A stretch of DNA of 32,000 bases from an uncultured bacterium (GTDB lineage Bacteria; GCA-001730085), in contig CAZMGY010000010.1 of NCBI GenBank assembly GCA_964565945.1, positions 1-32,000 on the forward strand. The letters are read 5' to 3'. Shown piece by piece: positions 14,425-22,173 of the stretch (position 1 is its first letter; every line of letters starts with the position of its first letter). Made by a program: the position numbers and the translations under genes. The notes beneath the pieces were generated by a model. That model was not told the DNA's origin. It did not search any database and saw nothing but the letters and a program-made list of their open reading frames with translations.

Positions 14425-16032
14425 ATGTATACGGTTCTAGCGCGTAAGTGGCGTCCTCAAACCTTTGGCCAAACCCTTGGTCAGTCGCATGTTTTGACAA
14501 CACTTAAAAATGCCATTGAGATGGATCGTGTGGCGCATGCCTATTTGTTTTCTGGGCCTCGAGGTGTAGGGAAGACCAGTGTCTCACGCATTTTGGCGAA
14601 ATCGCTCAACTGTGTGCAGGGTCCTACGGTGGAACCTTGTGGCGAATGCCGGCACTGTGTCGAAATTATGCAGGGTCAAAGTTTGGACGTTTTGGAAATC
14701 GATGGTGCGTCGAATCGTCGAATTGATGATATCCGTAAGATTGAAGACCATGTGAAGTTTACCCCTGTCGATGGCAAGTTTAAGATTTATATTATTGATG
14801 AAGTGCACATGTTGACAAAAGAGGCATTTAACGCCTTGCTCAAAACTCTTGAGGAGCCGCCAGGGCATGTGAAATTTATTTTTGCCACTACCGAAGATGA
14901 CAAAATTCCCGACACGATTCATTCGCGCTGCCAGCATTTTGCTTTTCGTCGTTTGAGTTTGGATGACATTGTTACCAACTTGCAAATGATCCTTAATGCC
15001 GAAAATATTTCTTTTGATCAAGATGTGCTGTTTGATGTGGCTAGAGTTGCCGAGGGCAGTTTGCGTGATGCACAGTCGTTGCTGGATCAAGTGATTTCTT
15101 TTTGTGGTCAAGATCTAAAAGCTAATGATTTGGAATTGGTACTAGGTCTGGTGGGGCATAAGGCCTTGGCATCGTTTGTGGGCCATATTTTGACCGAAGA
15201 TTATGTGGCGACCTTAAAGGAAATTCAAAAACTCAATGCCCAAGGCAAAGATATTTATCGCTTTGTGGTTCTTTTGATTCAGTACATTCGTGATTTGATT
15301 GTGCTTAAAGTCAGTCGAGATCAAGGGCCTTCATTGGTCGATATGACCGATAAAGAGTTGAGTGTGGCTCAAGACTTGATCAAGCAGGTGAGTTTGGATA
15401 AGCTTTTGTATATGAGCCAAATCCTCATGAAAGCTGAGCAACAGATTAAACAAGCCCCTTTCCCTTGTTTGCCACTCGAAATGTGTGTGATCAAAATGAT
15501 TCAAGCGGGCAACATGATTTCCTTAAAAGCCTTATTGAAAACAGCCGAACAAACGTTAGTTTTAGAAAAAAAAACTCTAAAATCGAAAGCTGTGCCACAT
15601 CTGGCCGCTAAGCCAGATGTTATTCCACAAGCTTCTCCTCCATCTCGATCTACAACAGAGGGGCCAGCAAGTGTGCCCTGGGAGAGATTTTTGTCGGTGG
15701 TTAAAGCCGAAAAGCTAAGCTTGTATGGGGCTTTTCAAAAAGTCGACCATTTTGATGTGGCCGAAGGCACACTTTCGCTGGTGTTTAAAGAAGAAGATGA
15801 ATTTAATCGTCAACAGGTGCTTCGAGTGCAATCTTGGCTTGAAGATACTTGGAGCAAAGTAACAGGACAGCGTGTTAAAGCTCAAATTCGAACGGGGGCT
15901 TCCGAAGTACAGGTGGAGAAAAAAACACCTGTTGTTCAGGATCGTTCGAATCAAGAGATTTTGCGCGAACCTGTGGTGCAAAGCCTTTTAAAATCTTTCG
16001 AAGGCAAAGTCACAAATGTGATTAAATCATAA
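14425..16032 (+). CDS. dnaX: DNA polymerase III subunit tau (gamma/tau)
   Basis: LARKWRPQTF, Walker A GPRGVGKTS, zinc module CGECRHC, and SRC (HSRCQ). The ORF is open from GTG 14413, and ATG 14425 gives the usual N-terminus. Confidence 0.95.
   Translation: MYTVLARKWRPQTFGQTLGQSHVLTTLKNAIEMDRVAHAYLFSGPRGVGKTSVSRILAKSLNCVQGPTVEPCGECRHCVEIMQGQSLDVLEIDGASNRRIDDIRKIEDHVKFTPVDGKFKIYIIDEVHMLTKEAFNALLKTLEEPPGHVKFIFATTEDDKIPDTIHSRCQHFAFRRLSLDDIVTNLQMILNAENISFDQDVLFDVARVAEGSLRDAQSLLDQVISFCGQDLKANDLELVLGLVGHKALASFVGHILTEDYVATLKEIQKLNAQGKDIYRFVVLLIQYIRDLIVLKVSRDQGPSLVDMTDKELSVAQDLIKQVSLDKLLYMSQILMKAEQQIKQAPFPCLPLEMCVIKMIQAGNMISLKALLKTAEQTLVLEKKTLKSKAVPHLAAKPDVIPQASPPSRSTTEGPASVPWERFLSVVKAEKLSLYGAFQKVDHFDVAEGTLSLVFKEEDEFNRQQVLRVQSWLEDTWSKVTGQRVKAQIRTGASEVQVEKKTPVVQDRSNQEILREPVVQSLLKSFEGKVTNVIKS
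15566..15574 (+). promoter_or_regulatory. A9 tract, a candidate frameshift/transcriptional slippage site inside dnaX
   Basis: GAA AAA AAA ACT at codons 381-384 counted from ATG 14425. The +1 frame gives CTC TAA. The -1 frame gives 12 codons and then TAA at 15609-15611. Confidence 0.35.
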
Positions 16033-16044
16033 AGGAAACGCCTA

Positions 16045-16353
16045 ATGAACATTAACAAAATAATGAAACAAGCACAGAAAATGCAAAAAGATTTGCAAAA
16101 AACCCAAGCAGAGATTGCGCAGCTAAGTGTCGAAGGTACTGCTGGAGGCGGTGCCGTCACCGTAACTCTTAAAGGGGACTATTCGGTGGACAACCTGTCA
16201 ATTGATATTGATTCATCTCAAGATGATATTGAGATGTTGCAAGACATGATTCAAGCAGCATTCAACAATGCGGTCGAGAAAGTGCGTCAAGAAAGTGAAA
16301 AGCGTATGGGGGCTGTTTCGGGTGATATGCCTGGCATACCTGGTATGTTCTAA
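16045..16353 (+). CDS. ybaB: Nucleoid-associated protein YbaB/EbfC
   Basis: 102 aa. The N-terminus MKQAQKMQKDLQKTQAEI, the GGGAVTVTLKG core and the position after dnaX are all typical. Confidence 0.92.
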   Translation: MNINKIMKQAQKMQKDLQKTQAEIAQLSVEGTAGGGAVTVTLKGDYSVDNLSIDIDSSQDDIEMLQDMIQAAFNNAVEKVRQESEKRMGAVSGDMPGIPGMF

Positions 16354-16370
16354 CCATTTGAGGTAAGGTC

Positions 16371-18998
16371 ATGAGTCTGATAAGTGAGGTGGCGGTCGAA
16401 TCGACCACACCAATGATGAAGCAATATCTCGACATCAAAAAGCAAAACAAAGATTATGTGTTGTTCTTTCGTTTGGGTGAGTTTTATGAGATGTTTTACG
16501 ATGATGCTTTGGAGATTTCGCGTTTTTTGGAATTAACACTTACGGCGCGTGGACACAAAGATAATAAGATCCCTATGTGTGGCATTCCTTACCATGCGGC
16601 TGAAAATTACATTGTCCGACTGATCAAAGGTGGCTATAAAATTGCTATCTGTGAACAAGTGGAAGACCCCTCGCAAACCAAAGGCATTGTGAAGCGAAAA
16701 GTGGTTCGCTATTACACCCCAGGAACCCTTTTGTCGGATCAAATGTTAGATGCCAAAAATAGTCATTATTTGGTGGCTTGTGTCGAAGGTAAGCAACGAA
16801 GGGCTTTGTCCTTTGTCGATTTATCGACTGGTGAATTCAAGACCATTGAATTTGTTCAAGCGGCCGATATGTTGAATGAGCTGGAACGTCTGGCCCCCAA
16901 AGAGGTTTTGTATTCCGAAGCCGAAACGCTATCTTCGGCAATTCAGCATTGGGCGAAACGGACAGGAGTCTTGCTATCGCCCTTTGATGATTGGGCTTTT
17001 TCTTTGGGAACGGCCCAGCAAACCTTGCAGCAGTTTTTTCAAACCCAATCTTTAGAGGGCTTTGGACTTAAAGACCTTAAAGAAGCGATTCAGTCCTCTG
17101 GAGCGGTGATTCATTATCTCAAGCAAATGCATGGTGATCAGTTAGGTCATATTCGTAAAATTCAACGTTACTCCTGCGAAGAGTTTATGGTTTTGGATGT
17201 TGCTACGCAGCGCAATTTGGAATTGGTCCAAAGTTTGTCGGGTAAAGACAACAAGGGCACCTTATTGTCGGTAATGGACTATACTTTTACGTCGGCTGGT
17301 GGGCGTTTGTTGCGTCAATGGATGCTGCAGCCCTTGCGTAACCCCGAGCTGATTAATCAACGGTTGAATGCTGTAGAGGAATTGTATCAGCAAGAGCCTC
17401 TACGCCGTTCTTTGCGGGATCTTTTTAAGTCGGTGCATGATGTACAACGGATTGTCGGTCGCGTTGATACGGCGGTGGCGAATGCACGAGACTTGGTTGC
17501 CTTAAAAGAAACCTTGCATAAAATACCAGTGATTCAAGACTTGATGGCTCAAGTGCAAAGCCCGTTACTAAGCCAATTGAAGAATGAGTTGCAAACCTTG
17601 CCTGAGTTGCAAGCGTGTTTGGAGACAACGCTTGTGAATGAGCCGCCTTTTTCGGTGCGTGAAGGGGGATTGATACGGACTGGTTACAATGAAGAAATCG
17701 ATGAGCTGCGTGCTGTCAAAAATGGAGGCAAAGAATGGTTAATTCATTTGCAAGAGGACGAGCGACGTAAGACTGGCATTAAAACACTCAAAGTCAAATA
17801 CAATAAAGTGTTTGGCTATTACTTGGAAGTGACGAAGTCGCAGATTGCCTCTGTGCCAGATCATTACATTCGTAAGCAAACGATGGTAAATGCCGAAAGG
17901 TTTATCACTCCAGAGCTTAAAGAAAAGGAAGCCCTTATTTTAGGAGCCGATGATCGCATTCATAAAATGGAATACCAACTGTTTGAACAATTACGCTTGC
18001 GTGTGGCTCAAGATACACCGCGTTTGCAACAATTAGCTCAAGCCTTAGCCGTCCTTGATGTGTTGCAGTCCTTTGCTGAGTTAGCGTCGAGTCAAGCTTA
18101 TTGCAAGCCAGAGGTAAACCTGACCGATAAGCTTAATATCGAAGGTGGACGGCATCCTGTTGTCGAGACTTTATTGGAAGGGGAGCGTTTTGTACCCAAC
18201 GATACTCACTTGTCTTGCGATGTCAATCAATTGATGATGATCACAGGACCCAATATGGCTGGAAAGTCGACCTGTATTCGCCAAGTGGCGTTGATCACTT
18301 ACATGGCTCAGCTAGGCTCCTTTGTTCCAGCCGAGCGTGCCGAAATAGGCATTGTGGATCGTATTTTTACTCGCGTTGGTGCGGCCGATGAATTGGCTCG
18401 AGGTCAAAGTACGTTTATGCTCGAAATGAATGAGATAGCCAATATTTTGAACAATGCAACTTCGCAAAGCTTGATTATTTTGGACGAAGTTGGGCGAGGA
18501 ACAAGTACGCTGGATGGAGTGAGCATTGCTTGGGCGATTGCCGAATATGTTCACGAGGTGATTAAAGCCAAAACAATTTTTGCCACGCATTATCACGAAT
18601 TAACGGCATTGGCGGATCACTATGAGAGAATTGTGAATTACAATGTGGCTTGTCAAGAAAATGCTGGCGATGTTGTGTTTTTGCACAGAATTGTTGCTGG
18701 GGGAACCGATAAAAGTTATGGCATTCATGTGGCACGGCTAGCTGGTGTTCCGCAAATGATTGTGCGCAGAGCCAAAGATTTGCTTAAAGATATGGAGGCT
18801 CAGCACGAGCAAGTGAAGCCTTCGATGGAACATGTTCCGTCGGTGCAAGAGGAGTTTCCGATAGATTTGGATGTTCAGGAGGCTTCTGCGAATGTGCAAG
18901 AAGTGATTGATCGACTGAAAGACATGGATTGCAGTTCATTAAGGCCGATTGAAGCGCTTATGGTGTTGGATGAATTAGTGCAGAAGGTGAAGATATAA
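16371..18998 (+). CDS. mutS: DNA mismatch repair protein MutS
   Basis: 875 aa with TPMMKQY, the GEFYEMF mismatch-binding motif, Walker A GPNMAGKST and DEVGRGTS. Confidence 0.97.
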   Translation: MSLISEVAVESTTPMMKQYLDIKKQNKDYVLFFRLGEFYEMFYDDALEISRFLELTLTARGHKDNKIPMCGIPYHAAENYIVRLIKGGYKIAICEQVEDPSQTKGIVKRKVVRYYTPGTLLSDQMLDAKNSHYLVACVEGKQRRALSFVDLSTGEFKTIEFVQAADMLNELERLAPKEVLYSEAETLSSAIQHWAKRTGVLLSPFDDWAFSLGTAQQTLQQFFQTQSLEGFGLKDLKEAIQSSGAVIHYLKQMHGDQLGHIRKIQRYSCEEFMVLDVATQRNLELVQSLSGKDNKGTLLSVMDYTFTSAGGRLLRQWMLQPLRNPELINQRLNAVEELYQQEPLRRSLRDLFKSVHDVQRIVGRVDTAVANARDLVALKETLHKIPVIQDLMAQVQSPLLSQLKNELQTLPELQACLETTLVNEPPFSVREGGLIRTGYNEEIDELRAVKNGGKEWLIHLQEDERRKTGIKTLKVKYNKVFGYYLEVTKSQIASVPDHYIRKQTMVNAERFITPELKEKEALILGADDRIHKMEYQLFEQLRLRVAQDTPRLQQLAQALAVLDVLQSFAELASSQAYCKPEVNLTDKLNIEGGRHPVVETLLEGERFVPNDTHLSCDVNQLMMITGPNMAGKSTCIRQVALITYMAQLGSFVPAERAEIGIVDRIFTRVGAADELARGQSTFMLEMNEIANILNNATSQSLIILDEVGRGTSTLDGVSIAWAIAEYVHEVIKAKTIFATHYHELTALADHYERIVNYNVACQENAGDVVFLHRIVAGGTDKSYGIHVARLAGVPQMIVRRAKDLLKDMEAQHEQVKPSMEHVPSVQEEFPIDLDVQEASANVQEVIDRLKDMDCSSLRPIEALMVLDELVQKVKI

Positions 18999-19105
18999 CA
19001 AAAACATGATTGCTTAAATTGCCTCGCCACATACCGTGGTGGTGGCACGTTATTGCGAGAGGGTTCGTGCGATAAGGAAGCAATCGCAATAAGAAGGGAA
19101 AACTT

Positions 19106-19486
19106 ATGAAATTTTTTTTATTGAAAGTTATTCGTTGGATTCTAGGTCGGATTATTTTGTTGTTGAATGCACTTACTCCGCCTAAGTCTCTTAAACGGTC
19201 GGTGGATGATCAATCTAAAGTGGATCAAGAGACCCAAAGCATGATGCTTTATCAATTTGAAGCGTGTCCTTTTTGCGTTAAGGTGCGTCGTACTATTAAG
19301 CGTTTAGGCTTAAAGATTCGTCTGAAAGATGCTAAGCGGGACTGTGTGGCTCAAGAAGAACTTTTGCGTGGAAGTGGTCGGGTCAAAGTGCCTTGTCTTA
19401 AAATTACACAAGACGATGGTTCGGAGAAATGGATGTCTGAATCGGCGGATATTGGGGCTTATTTGAATCAGAAATTTGGAGCATAA
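19106..19486 (+). CDS. Glutaredoxin-family protein with N-terminal hydrophobic helix
   Basis: 126 aa with a CPFC active site and a downstream VPCL (cis-Pro-type) motif. The N-terminal hydrophobic segment is IRWILGRIILLLNAL. Confidence 0.8.
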   Translation: MKFFLLKVIRWILGRIILLLNALTPPKSLKRSVDDQSKVDQETQSMMLYQFEACPFCVKVRRTIKRLGLKIRLKDAKRDCVAQEELLRGSGRVKVPCLKITQDDGSEKWMSESADIGAYLNQKFGA

Positions 19487-19500
19487 AAGGAGGGACTGTT

Positions 19501-21408
19501 ATGGCAAAAATTCATGTCTTACCCGACCAGGTGGCCAATCGTATTGCTGCTGGAGAAGTTGTTGTTAGACCTGCCGCGGTGGTGAAGGAACTTGTTGAAA
19601 ATGCTCTTGATGCAGGAGCGAGCAAAATTGTGGTTGAAATCAAAAAAGCTGGTCGAGAGCTGATGCGGGTGATTGACAATGGATGTGGTATGGATCCCGA
19701 AGATGCAAGGAGGGCTTTTCAGCGGCACGCAACAAGTAAAATTGTAAGCGACCAAGATCTTTTGCGTCTCAATACCTATGGTTTTCGTGGAGAAGCTTTG
19801 CCGAGTATTGCTTCGGTGGCTATGGTGGAGCTGATTACCTGTCAGAAAGATGCGGCCGAAGGTGTTTGTGTTAGTTCGGCTGGTGGTGAGGCGTTTGATA
19901 TTAAGCCGGCAGCTCCTGTTCAAGGCACCCAAATCGATGTGGCTAATTTGTTTTTTAACACCCCTGCCCGGCGCAAGTTTCTCAAAAATGATACCACCGA
20001 GTTCAGTCATATTATGGATGTAGTGATCAATCAATCCTTAACGGCTTTGTCTGTTCATTTCGAATTGATCCACGATGGTAAAATTATGTTCGCCTTGCCA
20101 GCAACCGACGACTTAAAGCAGCGGATTGGTGATGTCTATGGCAACTCTCTTAAGGAGGCACTCTTTCCTGTTAAAAGTGGCTCGCCACTTATGCGTTTGC
20201 GCGGTTTGATTTCGCGACCGCACTTTATGCGTTCAAACCGAAGTTTGCAGCGTTTGTTTGTGAATGATCGGGGGGTTAAAGATAAGGCTGTTTCATTTGC
20301 CATTCAAAATGCCTACAGCCATATACTAGCGGGTGGACGTCATGCGGTGTGTTTTTTGTTTTTAGATTTGGCGGGTGATGCGGTCGATGTAAATGTTCAT
20401 CCGACCAAAGAAGAGATTAAATTTAAAGATGAATCGTCGGTGAAGCATATGGTGCAAAAGGCGATTAAACAAGCTCTGGATGCGATGGCTCAAAATGAAC
20501 TTGTGGCTAAAGAAAGTGCGATTGGGTTTAAAGCTATCGATCTCCCCGTAGCCCAAAAGACTGCTGTTGAAGAATCCTCGCAAGAGGAGAAACCTCTGGT
20601 GCAAGAAAAGGCGGCTCAGGCGATTAAAGATTATTACGATAAGCCAGCGCAAGCGACTCCTTTTTCGGCGATGCGTGAAAGTTCATCGTATCAATTTTAT
20701 CAGCCTCACGATGACGAAGACCTCAAAGCAACTATTGCTGTGAACGATGCTCCAGTCGAATCATTTGGATCCCAAGATAAAGAAGAACACTTGGTGGATG
20801 CGGCTTTTTTTGAATCCAAAGTCTTGGATCCCAAACGTTTTTTTAAAGTTAAAAACTTGTTTGTGGTCACCGAGGATGCCGAAGGTTTGGTGCTGGTGGA
20901 CCAACACGCGGCTCAAGAGCGAGTGTTATATGAACGTTTTTTGAATTTCGTGAAAAGTGAAAATAAATCAGTGCAAGAATTACTGATTCCCTTAACCTTA
21001 GATGTCCCCAAACCAGACATGCTTTTGGTGGAAGCTTTGTGTCCTGTTTTAGAATCTATGGGATTTCAATTGGAAGCTTTTGGTGAAGATGCTTATGTGG
21101 TGAGGTCTGTTCCTGTTTTTGTGCGGGAATCTGAAGTGGTGGTGATTATTCACGACATTTTGGATGACGTGCGAGAGTTGGGCTATGAACCACAGTCTCT
21201 TATGAAGAACTTTGATGAAGTGATTGCAACCATGGCGTGTCGTGCTTCGATTAAAGCGGGTGATAAAGTGTCTGATATCGAGCTGAGTCACATCTTTGAT
21301 GAGCTTGAGGCTTGTGATGATCCACATACCTGTCCTCATGGGCGTCCGACGATGATTAAACTCACCTTTGATGAGTTGGAACGTAAGTTTCGTCGCGTGA
21401 AGTCTTAG
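19501..21408 (+). CDS. mutL: DNA mismatch repair protein MutL
   Basis: 635 aa with the GHKL ATPase motifs IAAGEVV, ELVENALDAG, DNGCGM and GFRGEAL, plus the C-terminal dimerisation domain. Confidence 0.96.
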   Translation: MAKIHVLPDQVANRIAAGEVVVRPAAVVKELVENALDAGASKIVVEIKKAGRELMRVIDNGCGMDPEDARRAFQRHATSKIVSDQDLLRLNTYGFRGEALPSIASVAMVELITCQKDAAEGVCVSSAGGEAFDIKPAAPVQGTQIDVANLFFNTPARRKFLKNDTTEFSHIMDVVINQSLTALSVHFELIHDGKIMFALPATDDLKQRIGDVYGNSLKEALFPVKSGSPLMRLRGLISRPHFMRSNRSLQRLFVNDRGVKDKAVSFAIQNAYSHILAGGRHAVCFLFLDLAGDAVDVNVHPTKEEIKFKDESSVKHMVQKAIKQALDAMAQNELVAKESAIGFKAIDLPVAQKTAVEESSQEEKPLVQEKAAQAIKDYYDKPAQATPFSAMRESSSYQFYQPHDDEDLKATIAVNDAPVESFGSQDKEEHLVDAAFFESKVLDPKRFFKVKNLFVVTEDAEGLVLVDQHAAQERVLYERFLNFVKSENKSVQELLIPLTLDVPKPDMLLVEALCPVLESMGFQLEAFGEDAYVVRSVPVFVRESEVVVIIHDILDDVRELGYEPQSLMKNFDEVIATMACRASIKAGDKVSDIELSHIFDELEACDDPHTCPHGRPTMIKLTFDELERKFRRVKS

Positions 21409-21468
21409 AAATATATACCTTTCAATAATCTGTGGATATGGATTCCACGGTCAAACCACGGGATAACC

Positions 21469-22144
21469 AAGAGAGTAATTGTGGGAGCTAGTCATAGAAG
21501 GGTTGGCAACTGCAAAAATCTGGCATTCGCACTGTTCAACAAGTTGTAGAAACTGCTCTATCAAGCGTCGCAAATCACCCTGTGCGTGTATTTTACTCAG
21601 GCAGAACTATATGCCATCGAGCAAGTAATCCACTTTGAAACAATGGCAGACAGAGCTGACAAAGCCTGGTTTTTTGGTGGTAATGTCAATCTTCCCTATG
21701 ATGTTAATTTCATTTGGGCAAAACGTGTTGATGATGATTTTCATGCACGCTTTAATGCTATTGCTCGTCGTTATCATTACAAAATTCACAACACCAAAAT
21801 CCGCGCTTTATGGGAAATTAGGGCATTAGATATTGATGCTATGCAACAAGCCAGCAAATATTTACTCGGAAAACACGATTTTTCCGCCTTTCGCAACAGT
21901 CTTTGCCAAGCCAAATCCCCCGTTTACCCAGCAAAACAACAATATTTTATTAGACATCAAAGCCAGCGCTTTTTTGCATCATATGGTGCGTAATATTGTT
22001 GGCACTTTGCTAAAAATCGGCAGAGGTGAACGCTCCATAGAATGGATGCAATCAGTGTTAGCATCTAAAGACAGAAAAAAGGGGGGTGCTACTGCCTCGC
22101 CTCAAGGTTTATGTTTTGTTAAAGCCTTTTATTCTAATCTCTAA
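21469..22144 (+). pseudogene. truA: tRNA pseudouridine synthase A pseudogene
   Basis: TruA-like segments lie in three frames. These are KRVIVGASH (frame 1), KGWQLQKSGIRTVQQVVETALSSVANHPVRVFYSGRT (frame 0), QVIHFET...DDDFHARFNAIARRYHYKI...GKHDFSAF (frame 1) and LDIKASAFLHHMVRNIVG (frame 2). In-frame TAGs sit at 21489 and 21495. The conserved GRTDxGVH catalytic motif is cut after GRT. Confidence 0.85.
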
Positions 22145-22173
22145 TATCATTATTTTTTATATAATGATATTAG
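22141..22173. terminator. 13-bp perfect inverted repeat spanning both convergent stop codons
   Basis: CTAATATCATTAT (22141-22153) and ATAATGATATTAG (22161-22173) with a 7-nt loop. It covers the truA TAA (22142-22144) and the metE stop (22150-22152). It is very AT-rich, so it would be weak as a terminator. Confidence 0.4.

Noticed and set aside
14220-14447. 75-aa ORF upstream of dnaX
   Set aside because: It overlaps the S-domain of the SRP RNA, including the helix 8 motif. The RNA gene explains the sequence better.
14584-15111. Long antisense ORFs inside well-supported genes. These are 175 aa in dnaX, 171 aa at 19519-20034 in mutL, 156 aa at 25626-26096 in dapL, and 124 aa at 27463-27837 in the protease gene, plus many 60-110-aa ones.
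   Set aside because: They lie fully within genes that have clear family motifs and have no motifs of their own. Open antisense frames opposite long genes are a common by-product of codon bias, so I read them as shadow ORFs.
15919-15925. Second A-run (A7) in dnaX as a slippage site
   Set aside because: It lies about 35 codons from the natural stop, so a shifted product would be nearly full length. It is not at the tau/gamma boundary.
19061-19075. GGGTTCGTGCGAT as a tRNA T-arm
   Set aside because: No acceptor, D or anticodon arms can be built around it. I found no tRNA-like cloverleaf in any intergenic region of the window.
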